From Chloroflexota bacterium (GTDB lineage: Bacteria > Chloroflexota > Anaerolineae > Anaerolineales > UBA11858), in NCBI GenBank assembly GCA_016865865.1, contig VGOC01000005.1, positions 1,194-65,193 on the forward strand: 64,000 nucleotides of DNA, read 5' to 3'. The notes under the pieces are model-generated. The model made no database searches, was not told the origin of the DNA, and was given only the letters and a program-made list of their open reading frames with translations. The translations under genes were made by a program, and so were the position numbers. Shown here piece by piece: positions 48,019 to 57,700 of the stretch (the first letter of the stretch is position 1; each line of letters starts with the position of its first letter).

Positions 48019-49530
48019 GTGGACCTGAACTCAGAGCGTTTTTTCGATCGAAAATGGTTATTGTGGGTAGTCGTTGGTCTGGCTTTCGTCCTGGGCCTGG
48101 GGATTCGCGCTTACGACATCACAGATCCACCTTTCGACTTCCACGCCACTCGACAACTCCGTGCGGCTGTGATCGCTCGAGGTATGTATTACCAGGGTCT
48201 GGAGGACGCCCCCGAATGGCAGCGTCAACAAGCCGATATGGCCTGGCATGAAGAAGCGATCATCGAACCGCCGGTGATGGAACGCCTGGCGGCCTGGGGT
48301 TATCAGTTGGCTGGCAGTGAACAATTATGGATACCGCGTTCATTATCGGCGATATTCTGGTGTCTTGCGGGATTGGCGGTATGGCTCCTGGGGCGAGAGT
48401 TAAGCGCCGCTGATGGCGGAGTACCGGCGATATTCTACTTTCTCTTTCTGCCTTATAGCATCTACGCCACGCGGACTTTTCAGCCAGACCCTTTGATGGT
48501 GTGCCTGATCGCCTGGTCGTTATGGGCTGTCTCTCGCTGGCATCGGGAGCGGACGACGCGGATGGCGATTGTTGCCGGAGTTTTGGGCGGCCTGGCGATC
48601 TTCGTCAAGACCGTGGCGATCTTTTTCGTGGGGGGAGCTTTCATTGGCCTCATCCTCTTGGGCGCAGGTTTGGCCAAAGCCATCCGGGATAAGCAGGTCT
48701 GGCTGATGGGACTCTTGACCATATTGCCCACCAGCCTGTTCTACGTTTACGGATTGTGGATTGCAGGTTTTCTTCAGCGACAACTCAGCTACCGCTTTTT
48801 CCCGAGTTTATGGTGTGACCCTGCTTTTTATATCCGCTGGCAGGAAATGGCTACGAACATCTGCGGTTATGGGACGTTGTTGGCCGCCCTCGCTGCCCTG
48901 TTTCTGGTTCGGGATAGAGGCAAACGAGGGTTTCTCGCTGGCCTGTGGATCGGATATGGTCTGTACAGTATGACCTTTGCATATCATACCCTGACGCATG
49001 ATTACTACCAACTCCCGTTGATCCTTGTCATTAGTGTATCGCTCATTGCAGTGGCTGCTGAACTTTTGAAAGCCATTGCCGCGATCGAGAAAGGTCTCTG
49101 GGTGCGTCTTTTTATTGTCTTATTGCTCTTTGCCGGGGCTGCTTTCAAGATATGGGATGTGCGCGTAAACCTCATCCGGGATGACTACCGCGGCGAGGCG
49201 GCTTTTTGGGAAAAAGTCGGCGGCCTGATCGAACCTGGGGCGCGGGTGCTGGCGATGAGCCAGACGTATGGAAATGCGCTGAGTTATTACGGCTGGACGC
49301 CGAATGATTCCTGGGCCAGCGAAGGCGATATCAATTTGCGAGTATTAGCAGGCGCGTCTGCAGAAGATATCGAACAAAGCAGCTATGCCGCCATAGAACA
49401 TTACGATTATTTCGTGATCACGAAAGTTGGAGAGTTCGACGATACGCCTGAACTCAAAGAACTACTGTATAATAACTATACTGTGTTTGCGGAGGGGGAG
49501 GATTATATTATTTTCGACCTTAGACCGTGA
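48019..49530 (+). CDS. GT-C-like membrane glycosyltransferase, tandem paralog B (GTG start)
   Basis: Has FDFHATRQLRAAVIARGMYY and TFQPDPLM. A ggagg RBS precedes the GTG. The C-terminus ..YIIFDLRP resembles ..YIIYHLRP in paralog A. Confidence 0.62.
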   Translation: MDLNSERFFDRKWLLWVVVGLAFVLGLGIRAYDITDPPFDFHATRQLRAAVIARGMYYQGLEDAPEWQRQQADMAWHEEAIIEPPVMERLAAWGYQLAGSEQLWIPRSLSAIFWCLAGLAVWLLGRELSAADGGVPAIFYFLFLPYSIYATRTFQPDPLMVCLIAWSLWAVSRWHRERTTRMAIVAGVLGGLAIFVKTVAIFFVGGAFIGLILLGAGLAKAIRDKQVWLMGLLTILPTSLFYVYGLWIAGFLQRQLSYRFFPSLWCDPAFYIRWQEMATNICGYGTLLAALAALFLVRDRGKRGFLAGLWIGYGLYSMTFAYHTLTHDYYQLPLILVISVSLIAVAAELLKAIAAIEKGLWVRLFIVLLLFAGAAFKIWDVRVNLIRDDYRGEAAFWEKVGGLIEPGARVLAMSQTYGNALSYYGWTPNDSWASEGDINLRVLAGASAEDIEQSSYAAIEHYDYFVITKVGEFDDTPELKELLYNNYTVFAEGEDYIIFDLRP

Positions 49531-49548
49531 GGTTATTTGCCCTACGCG

Positions 49549-51471
49549 ATGAAACCACTCGTTTCGATTGTCACTCCCTCTTATAACCAGTCCCAATATC
49601 TGGAAGACACCATTCGCTCGGTTTTGGCCCAGGATTACCCCAATATCGAATATGTCATCGTAGATGGAGGTTCCACCGACGGCAGTGTAGAGATCATCCA
49701 GAAATACGCCCATCGTCTCTCCTGGTGGGTCTCGGAGCCGGATAAAGGCCAGGCGGACGCCATCAACAAAGGGCTGAGACGGGCTCGCGGTGAGATCGTA
49801 GCCTGGTTGAACTCTGACGATGTCTATTTCCCAGACGCCATCTCTCAAGCTATGGATGCTTTTCAAGCCCACCCCGAGGTGGGGATGGTGTTTGGCAACG
49901 CCATCTCGATGGATTCCCAGGGCTACCCCCTCCATAACCAGGCTTTCGGAGATTGGGGCCTGGATGAGTTGATGTGTTACAACATCATCTGCCAGCCGGC
50001 TGTTTTCATGCGCAAGGAAGCCCTCCAGCAGGCTGGATTTTTGGATCAGTCTTACCACTATTTGCTGGATCACCACCTCTGGTTGCGCATCTTTGACATG
50101 GCTGGCGCGAAGCATGTCCCCTCGATCTGGGCTGGCGCCAGGCATCACCTCGAAGCCAAGAACGTGGCCAAGGCCGCCGAGTTTAGCGCGGAAGTGTTCA
50201 GGATTCTCGATTGGATCCAAGAACAGCCATCCCTCGAGGCGCGCACGAAGAAACTCAAACGCCGCATCCTGGGCGGCGCCTACAATATCAGCGGTCGGTA
50301 TTTGCTCGAAGGGGGCTTGCCAGGCCCGGCCGTCAAAGATTACTGGCGGGCGACTTTCAAAGACCCTACCCTCCTCAAATTCTATTGGCACCGGATGATC
50401 TATGCCTACCTCAGTCTGATGGGTTGGAGCGGCACAGCCGAATGGTATTACTCGCTGATGACCCATTTCCGGCCCGACGTGGGTGAGGATCCCCGCCTGA
50501 AGACCTGGCCAGGCATAAAGCTAGATGGCAGGAGCACCCCCATCCTGATTACCGGTGTGCATCGTTCTGGCACTACCTGGGTTGGCAGAATGATCGCCGC
50601 CAGCAGCGATGTCATCTATTTGAGCGAACCACTCAATATCTGGCACCGGCCCGGGGTGATGCGCACCCCCGTCGAGTACTGGTATCAATATATCTGTGAG
50701 GAAAACGAAAAGGCCTTCCTTCACGCCCTGCAGGACACTTTGGAGTATCGTTATCACTTCGGCACAGAACTGTTTTCCATCCGCTCGGTCAAGGATGCCG
50801 GGCGTATGGTGCGCGACATGGGGCGCTTCCTCAAGGGCAACCTCTCCCATGCCCGCCCCTTGCTCAAAGACCCCTTCGCCGTGTTTTCTAGCCCCTGGTT
50901 TTCCAAACGCCTGGGGTGCAAGATCGTCATTGTGGTTCGTCACCCCGTCGCCTTCGTCAGCAGCCTCAAACGCCTGGGCTGGACCTTCGACTTCAAAAAT
51001 ATATTAGATCAGACCTTGTTGATGCGCGACCACTTATCTGCGTATGAACAGGAAATGGAAAGGATGTTGGATTTCCCGGAGGATATTATTGGACAGGGAA
51101 GCCTGCTGTGGCGCATGGTTTATGATGTCGTGGATCGCTATCAGGTCACTCATCCGGAGTTTGTGGTGGTGAGGCATGAAGATATTTCTCTTCGCCCCCT
51201 GGCGGGATACCAGCAAATGTACCAGACTTTGGGGTTATCTTTTACCCCGTGGGTGCGCCGTTCGATCATGAGATCATCAGAAGGAAGTAACCCCTCCGAG
51301 CAGCCGCGCCAAAAAGAATTTTCGACCCAATTGGATAGCCGGGCTAACCTGTTGAATTGGCAGCATCGCCTCACCAGGGACGAAGTTGCCCGGGTGAAGG
51401 AGCTGACTTCTGACATCGCCGGAAAATTCTACACCGATGAAGAGTGGCAGCAGTGGACAGGCAGCTCCTAG
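49549..51471 (+). CDS. Fusion protein: GT2 glycosyltransferase plus a C-terminal sulfotransferase domain
   Basis: The N-terminus has [22 protein letters not shown] and [11 protein letters not shown]. The C-terminal part (about 50540 onward) has [18 protein letters not shown] and [13 protein letters not shown]. Confidence 0.75.
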   Translation: MKPLVSIVTPSYNQSQYLEDTIRSVLAQDYPNIEYVIVDGGSTDGSVEIIQKYAHRLSWWVSEPDKGQADAINKGLRRARGEIVAWLNSDDVYFPDAISQAMDAFQAHPEVGMVFGNAISMDSQGYPLHNQAFGDWGLDELMCYNIICQPAVFMRKEALQQAGFLDQSYHYLLDHHLWLRIFDMAGAKHVPSIWAGARHHLEAKNVAKAAEFSAEVFRILDWIQEQPSLEARTKKLKRRILGGAYNISGRYLLEGGLPGPAVKDYWRATFKDPTLLKFYWHRMIYAYLSLMGWSGTAEWYYSLMTHFRPDVGEDPRLKTWPGIKLDGRSTPILITGVHRSGTTWVGRMIAASSDVIYLSEPLNIWHRPGVMRTPVEYWYQYICEENEKAFLHALQDTLEYRYHFGTELFSIRSVKDAGRMVRDMGRFLKGNLSHARPLLKDPFAVFSSPWFSKRLGCKIVIVVRHPVAFVSSLKRLGWTFDFKNILDQTLLMRDHLSAYEQEMERMLDFPEDIIGQGSLLWRMVYDVVDRYQVTHPEFVVVRHEDISLRPLAGYQQMYQTLGLSFTPWVRRSIMRSSEGSNPSEQPRQKEFSTQLDSRANLLNWQHRLTRDEVARVKELTSDIAGKFYTDEEWQQWTGSS

Positions 51472-52265
51472 TATCGGTTGTCACCCCCTCTTTCAATCAG
51501 GCCAAATATCTCGAAGCGACCATTCGCTCGGTATTGGAGCAGGGTTACCCGCACATCGAATATATCATCATTGATGGCGGCTCGACTGATGGCAGCGTCG
51601 AGATCATCCGCAAGTATGGTAAGCGATTGGCCTGGTGGGTCTCGGAACCCGACCAGGGTCAGACTGCGGCCATTAATAGAGGTTTTGCCCATGCCAGCGG
51701 AGAGATCTTCGCCTGGCTGAATTCAGACGATACGTACAATCCCAACGCTGTAGCCGAGGCCGTCGCTTTCTTGAGTGCGCACCCCGAGGTTGGCCTGGTA
51801 TATAGCGACGCCGACTTCATCGACTCCAACGGAGGGGTTGTGGGAAAATTCAACGCTCGACAGACCAGTTATCGGCGTTTGCGCCGCGGCGGGGTATACA
51901 TCCCTCAGCAGGCCGCTTTCTGGCGGGCGGATTTGTGGCGTCAAGTCGGCCCGTTGGATCCAAGCTATTATTTCGCGATGGATTACGATTTGTGGGTGCG
52001 GCTGGCAAGGGTATCGGATATTCGATATTATCCCGGCCACACCTGGGCTAACTTCCGCTTGCACGACGACGCCAAGACCATCGCCGCCGATGAACGCTGC
52101 TGGCCAGAGATGCTGCGCATCCACCGCCGCGATGGCGGAAGCTGGTTCTCGTGGATCTACCTGCGTTACTTTGCCCGCCGCGCCCTCTCCCCGCTGATCA
52201 AATGGCGGTTGCGCCGTAAATTTCGCACTCGGGGAACATATCGTCCAACGCCCCAGGCGCTATGA
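51444..52265 (+). CDS. GT2 glycosyltransferase, close paralog of the N-terminal domain of the preceding fusion
   Basis: Has [22 protein letters not shown] and [11 protein letters not shown]. The start is uncertain (GTG at 51444 or 51453). Confidence 0.8.
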   Translation: MAAVDRQLLVSVVTPSFNQAKYLEATIRSVLEQGYPHIEYIIIDGGSTDGSVEIIRKYGKRLAWWVSEPDQGQTAAINRGFAHASGEIFAWLNSDDTYNPNAVAEAVAFLSAHPEVGLVYSDADFIDSNGGVVGKFNARQTSYRRLRRGGVYIPQQAAFWRADLWRQVGPLDPSYYFAMDYDLWVRLARVSDIRYYPGHTWANFRLHDDAKTIAADERCWPEMLRIHRRDGGSWFSWIYLRYFARRALSPLIKWRLRRKFRTRGTYRPTPQAL

Positions 52266-52733
52266 TATGGTGGGCACAGCAGCCCGGATGGCATGAAAGC
52301 CATGCGGATCGGTATTACAAACACTTCGATGAGCTATTGCCAGAAAATAACCACTTGGTAGTTGTCGTGATCTTCAAAATGCAGTTGGACAAAGCGCTTC
52401 GCGCAGATGATTTTCCCCGCATAGGCTCTGACAATTTCATTCGTTCGCATGAGCGCAAAATCACACTCTGCCCGTTGTGCGCTGACACTCACCACTCGCA
52501 GCGTAGACTCGGGGCCGCAGCCAATCACCTGCCTGCTGCGTGCGGCTTAGTCCAACTGGATTGATGTGGCGGCGCATAGGCTCCAGCTTCGGCGTTGGTT
52601 CTGACCGATACATCAATCCTTAATCGTTAGGTTGAGGTTGTCAACCGAGTTTTTAGTTAGGTTGCTTGGTATCGCAACCTTAAAAGGCTCAATTAGCAGA
52701 GAGAGACATCTCTCAAGGGGTATAATCCTATAC

Positions 52734-53360
52734 ATGAATATCACAGATTTATTCACTGACCAGAAAACGATAGCCAAAATACAAGTACGCCTGCCTGAGT
52801 TGTTTCACATTGCAGAAGTAGAGAGTTCGCGGGCTGGCAAGATTGGCATGGAAGTAGGATCTGCAAGAGAAAGAATCCTGATCGCGTTGCTGATCTACAA
52901 GTTTGGCGAAGCGAATGTTGAAACCGAAATACCGATAACGGAGCCAGAAGTGGATGTCAAAGTGTTTGGTCTGCCTATCTCAATCAAAACCATCACAGGG
53001 AGAAAGCTAAATGGAGTAAAACTCATCTGGACAGTTGACGCGGAACAAGCCCTCAAATTCAGCCAAGAGTATAACCCTCGCTGTGATATTCTTCTGGCCC
53101 AAATGAACTGAAATGACTGGGGGCGGTTTTTCTTCTTCCCAAAATCTGCCCAAATTGAAACATTGCATCGAATCGGCAGGCAAAACTATATCAAGTTACC
53201 AAAAGCAGGTACAAACCCGCGAGGTGTTGAAATTTCGGCAGAAGCGCTCGGACTTCTTGCGGGTCACTCTCAAAGCTTGAACATTCCGGTAAAATGGTAT
53301 CGAAAGCAAGTTGACTATGATCCCTATGAACGATGGTTAGAACTTTGGAAAAAGGACTGA
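52734..53360 (+). pseudogene. Type II restriction endonuclease-like gene interrupted by a single in-frame TGA (53109-53111)
   Basis: ORFs 52734..53111 and 53112..53360 are in the same frame with no other stop (...ILLAQMN*NDWGRFFFFPKSAQIETLHRIGRQ...). It sits directly upstream of a DNA methyltransferase. A TATAAT lies at 52721-52726. Confidence 0.55.
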
Positions 53361-53363
53361 GTA

Positions 53364-54260
53364 ATGAAAAAAGGTTCAAAAACCAGTAGCTTCGGTACGA
53401 CATCGCGGATAAGCCACGACTCTTCGCAGTATTACAATTCGAAGCTTTATTCAGAACTGCCAGGAAATAACGGTTCACTTCCAATCCCCGACAATCTGTT
53501 TCCGCCTGAATACGAGAACACCACCATTCTTGGTAGCTCGGAGAACATGAAAGAAATCCCAGATAACTCGTTGCATTTGATGATCACTTCACCCCCTTAC
53601 AACGTAACGAAAGAATACGATGAAGACCTTTCGCTCAAAGAATATTTACAACTACTAAGAAATGTATTCTCTGAGACTTATCGTGTTCTGGTTTATGGTG
53701 GTAGAGCTTGCATCAATGTGGCAAACTTAGGGCGTAAGCCCTACATACCACTATCAGACTATATTTCCCAGATCATGATAGAAATTGGCTATCTCATGCG
53801 TGGGGAAATTATCTGGTACAAAGGCGCAGGAGCAGGCATCTCAATGGCCTGGGGTAGCTGGCAATCTGCCGCCAATCCTGTATTGCGTGACACTCATGAA
53901 TACATCATGGTTTTTTCAAAAGGATCATTTTCCCGTAAAAAGCCAGAAGACAAAGAGAATACGATAACCAGAGATCAATTTATGGAATGGACGAAATCTG
54001 TCTGGACGATGAATCCAGAGTCGGCTAAAAAGGTTGGACATCCTGCCCCATTTCCCGTTGAATTACCTTATCGGTTAATTCAGCTTTACACTTACAAAGG
54101 AGATATTATTCTTGACCCGTTTATGGGTAGCGGCACTACAGCGATTGCGGCCTTGAAATCTGAACGTAAATACGTCGGTTATGATATTGACCCTGAATAC
54201 GTTAAATTGACCGAAGATAGAGTTGCACCCTATAAACTTCAAATGAGCTTGGGCTTATAA
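53364..54260 (+). CDS. Beta-class DNA N4-cytosine/N6-adenine methyltransferase (N6_N4_Mtase family)
   Basis: Motif IV LMITSPPYNV precedes motif I DIILDPFMGSGTTAIAA. Confidence 0.88.
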   Translation: MKKGSKTSSFGTTSRISHDSSQYYNSKLYSELPGNNGSLPIPDNLFPPEYENTTILGSSENMKEIPDNSLHLMITSPPYNVTKEYDEDLSLKEYLQLLRNVFSETYRVLVYGGRACINVANLGRKPYIPLSDYISQIMIEIGYLMRGEIIWYKGAGAGISMAWGSWQSAANPVLRDTHEYIMVFSKGSFSRKKPEDKENTITRDQFMEWTKSVWTMNPESAKKVGHPAPFPVELPYRLIQLYTYKGDIILDPFMGSGTTAIAALKSERKYVGYDIDPEYVKLTEDRVAPYKLQMSLGL

Positions 54261-54605
54261 GAAGCGCAGCCTAACAACCGCTTCCACCTGACCGCCTTCG
54301 GCGCGGGTATGCGTGCGCCATGAGGCAGCATAGGCTTTGGTTTACCGTGAGTCTTGCTCGCCCCGCTCGGCGGCTTATCCAGGTCGTTGGGTGGCTTGAA
54401 GGTTCGCAGCTTTGTGGTAGAAGTGACAGAAATGAAAACAAAATTGAACTCATTATCTGATTTACAGTACGGAATTTTAAGAGCCTTTGTTAGCCTTATC
54501 CTATCAGAAATCCAGTGCTCATTTTCAATTTTGGCGAAACTCCAGATTTAAAGTAACAACTCAGGCATCCCTCGCCCTGGATTGAAATCCTGGGCTGGAA
54601 AGCAA

Positions 54606-54704
54606 AGTCCGTTCAAACGGACTGGTAAATCAGCGTATTTCCAGTCGGATTTCATCCGACTTCGTTTCTCAGCCTGGGAATTCATTCTCAGTCGGTTGGC
54701 TGAG
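54606..54704 (+). other. Array of three short stem-loops in the leader of the 1240-aa gene
   Basis: agtccgtt-ca-aacggact (54606-54623), agtcggat-ttc-atccgact (54643-54661) and ctcagtc-ggtt-ggctgag (54687-54704). Confidence 0.5.
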
Positions 54705-54747
54705 TAGTAACGATTTAAAAATACATCCCGAATTCCAATTGGCTGAC

Positions 54748-57700
54748 ATGAACACCAATCACGAACGCCAGAAATGGGATCACTACTATGCTTCTCTTCC
54801 TTCCACGGATGAGGATGAGAATATCATCCGATTCCGGGAAGAGTTTACTAGCGTTGTTGCTGATCTGCTGCCCGAGGGCGGGTGGATTCTCGAAGCTGGC
54901 TGCGGAGGAGGGGAGCAGAGTCTGGCGTTGGCGAAGACGGGGAAATATCAACTGACGCTGCTGGATTTTTCAGCAGAGGCCCTCGAAAAGGCGCGTCTGG
55001 CCTTCGACCGTGAGGGGTTGCAGGCCGAATTCCTGCTCGAAGATGCATTCCGGCCCGGAAATGCGCGATTCGACCTGGTTTTCAACGCTGGGGTCCTGGA
55101 GCATTATTCCACCGACCAACAGGGTTCTCTGCTGCGCGGGATGGCTAGCCGCAGTGAGAAATATGTCCTGGCGCTGGCGCCCAATTTTCGAAACTACTGG
55201 TACTGGCTGTGGCGCGCCCACAAGACCAGCCAAAACCAGTGGCCTTTTGGCCGCGAAGTCCCCGCCCTCGATTTGAGCGGAGCCTTCGAGGCCGCCGGCA
55301 TGCGTTACCTGGGGAGCGCCTTCTTGGGCCAGAGTTGGACGGAAAGCTTCATCAGCGGCGTAGACGGCATGGCCGATGACTTGAAAGGGCTGCTGCTCCA
55401 GATTCACCGTGGGGGAATTTTGCCCGCCGCGCAGACCAGCTATCTCGTCGCGGCGCTGGGGGGCGTGGATGAGGTTTCTGCTCCGCCTGGCTGGGGCGAT
55501 CTCCCGGAGGCTGACCGAGCTCCTGCAATCGAAGCCTTGACCGCGGCGCTGACCGACGCCCTGGCTTTGCAGGTGGAGGCGCGCCGTGAAGCGCGAGTTG
55601 CGCGGGACGAATATCTGGCCCGGCTGGCGGATATGTCAACGCAACTGATGGAACAAAAGCGGGGTCATACTATCGGGCTGATGGAACGCGTTCAGGAGAT
55701 CGAGCGGCAGACTGCCGACGAACTGGTCGGAAAGATTCAGGAGATCGAACGCCGCTTCGACGAGCGCGTCCGCCAGATCGAGCAGCAGAGCGCAGACGAC
55801 CTGACCTGCAAAGTTCAGGAGATCGAGCGCCGCTTCGATGAGCGCGTCCACCAGATCGAGCAGGCACGCGCCAGCGACCTGGCCGAGCAGATAGGGGCCA
55901 TCGAGCGAGACGGCGCTGAACAACTCGTCGGGCGGCTTCGAGAGATCGAACGACGCAACGCCGAAGCACTCATCGAGAAGCTCAAGGAGATCGAGTATCA
56001 ACAGGTCTTCGACTACACCGGCCTGGTTCGGCAGATCGAACACGACCATACCGGCGTTCTGATCGGCAAAATTCGTGAGATCGAACATCTCCGGGCGCAG
56101 ATCGAAGCCCTTCATCAGCCTCCCACGCCCATCCTGAGTCAGCAGGTCAAGTCTTTCCTGATACGTATCTTCACAAAGCTGGGTCTGCTTTCCTATGCAA
56201 TCGAATTGAAAAAAAACCTGAAAAAAGCCCGTCATCTCTTCCGCAAAAAAATCCCTTCAGAAGCGTCGTATCAGCCGCCGATTTCCCTGGGACATCCCGC
56301 CATCCCACCAGAGAGAAGGGTGGTCATCCTGACTTATACGTTTTTCGATTTCGATGGGGGAAATATGTATTGTGGGGGGGCGGAGCGCTATGTTCTCGAG
56401 CTGGCGCGCTTGATACGGGAGTTGGGTTTTTTCCCGGAGTTGTATCAGTGCGGGAACGGCTATTGGGTGCGCTATTACCGCGATTTGCGGGTCACGGGGC
56501 TCGATGTGGGCGGGGAAGCAGAACGTCTGGCGGCGGAATATCGGAAGTTGCCGCATCAGCAGGCGTTGACGATCTTTTCGCCATTTTCTCTGGCTATCTC
56601 TGCCGGGGAGGGGCGCTCGGTGGGAATCAGTCACGGCGTCTTCTGGGATTATCCTGATTTCCAGGCTAATCGGCCAGCTATGCAGGCGGTGTGGGATTCT
56701 TGCCGCAATCTGGAGATCATCGTTTCCGTAGACACCAACACGATCAACTGGGTGCGGGCCAGCGCGGCGGGGTTGGCAGAGAAGTTCGTGTATATCCCTA
56801 ATTTTGTGGATGTGGATGTGTTCGAACCCGCTCCCCTGACCCCTCACCCCGCCAGGGAGGAGGATGCCAGGAGTGTGGGCGATAGAATCACCATTCTTTA
56901 TCCCCGGCGGTTGTACCGGCCGCGCGGTTTCTGGCTGGTTGCCGAAGTGCTGCCGAAGATATTGGAGCGTTACCCGCAGGTGGAGTTTTTCTTTGTCGGC
57001 AGGGCGGATAAACCTGAGGCGGATTATGTTTGCGAGTTGACCGTGTGTTATCCGGGGCGAGTGCGCTGGGAGATCTTGCCCCCAGAGGAGATGCCTCAGG
57101 CGTACCGGCAGGCTCATATCACGGTAGCGCCCACGCTGCACAGCGAGGGGACTTCGCTATCGTGTTTGGAGGCCATGGCCTCGGGAAACGCGGTGATTGC
57201 CACCAACGTGGGCGGGCTGCCCAACCTGATCCTGCCATATCACAACGGATTGTTGATTGATGCCTCGGCGGACGCGCTCGAAAATGCCCTGGTAGAGCTG
57301 ATCGAGAACCCAGCCCTGCGCCAGCAGATCGCGCAGCGCGGCCGCGAGGCGGCTGCTGCTTTCTCGATCGAACGCTGGCGCGCGCAGTGGCGAGAAATCC
57401 TGGCGCAGCGTCTGGTTGCTGGTGAAAGGGTAGATAGTGAATCCACGAAAGTGGCCTTCTTCCCGATCGCTCCCGGGATTCCTTGGGAAGGTATCAAGCA
57501 GCGCCCCCACCATTTAGCCATGCAGCTTGCCAGGGCGGGGATCGAGACATTTTGGGGCAACCCCACCCGGAGGCAGGCCAGCCCGCATCCGCTGCTGCAT
57601 ATCCTCGGCCCGCGCGAGGAGACCCATTTCAGCCGCCCGCTGATTTTCGTGTATTACCCCTTCACTTATAGAGCGATACATCAATATGATGATCCATTTG

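Noticed and set aside
52262-52564. A 100-aa + strand ORF coupled (ATGA) to the last GT2 gene, and the antisense 64-aa ORF at 52334-52528.
   Set aside because: Neither has a recognisable motif, and the region marks the composition shift into the AT-richer insertion. It may be a gene remnant, but I cannot support a call.
53109-53111. The in-frame TGA in the endonuclease-like gene read as selenocysteine or programmed read-through.
   Set aside because: No SECIS-like hairpin is evident immediately downstream, and there is no functional rationale. A nonsense mutation or a sequencing error is simpler.
54269-54420. The segment gcctaacaaccgcttccacctgaccgccttcggcgcgggtatgcgtgcgcc..., which reminded me of dispersed intergenic repeats seen in many genomes. 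Also the 39-codon ORF at 54432-54551 (MKTKLNSLSDLQYGILRAF...), which could be a truncated N-terminus of a toxin or nucleotidyltransferase-type gene.
   Set aside because: There is only a single copy in the window. My recollection of the repeat family is vague, and the small ORF is too short for any assignment.
54576-54600. The ggattgaaatcc / ctggaaagc words, which resemble the 3' ends of some CRISPR repeats.
   Set aside because: There is no repeat-spacer periodicity and no second copy, and no cas genes are present in the window.
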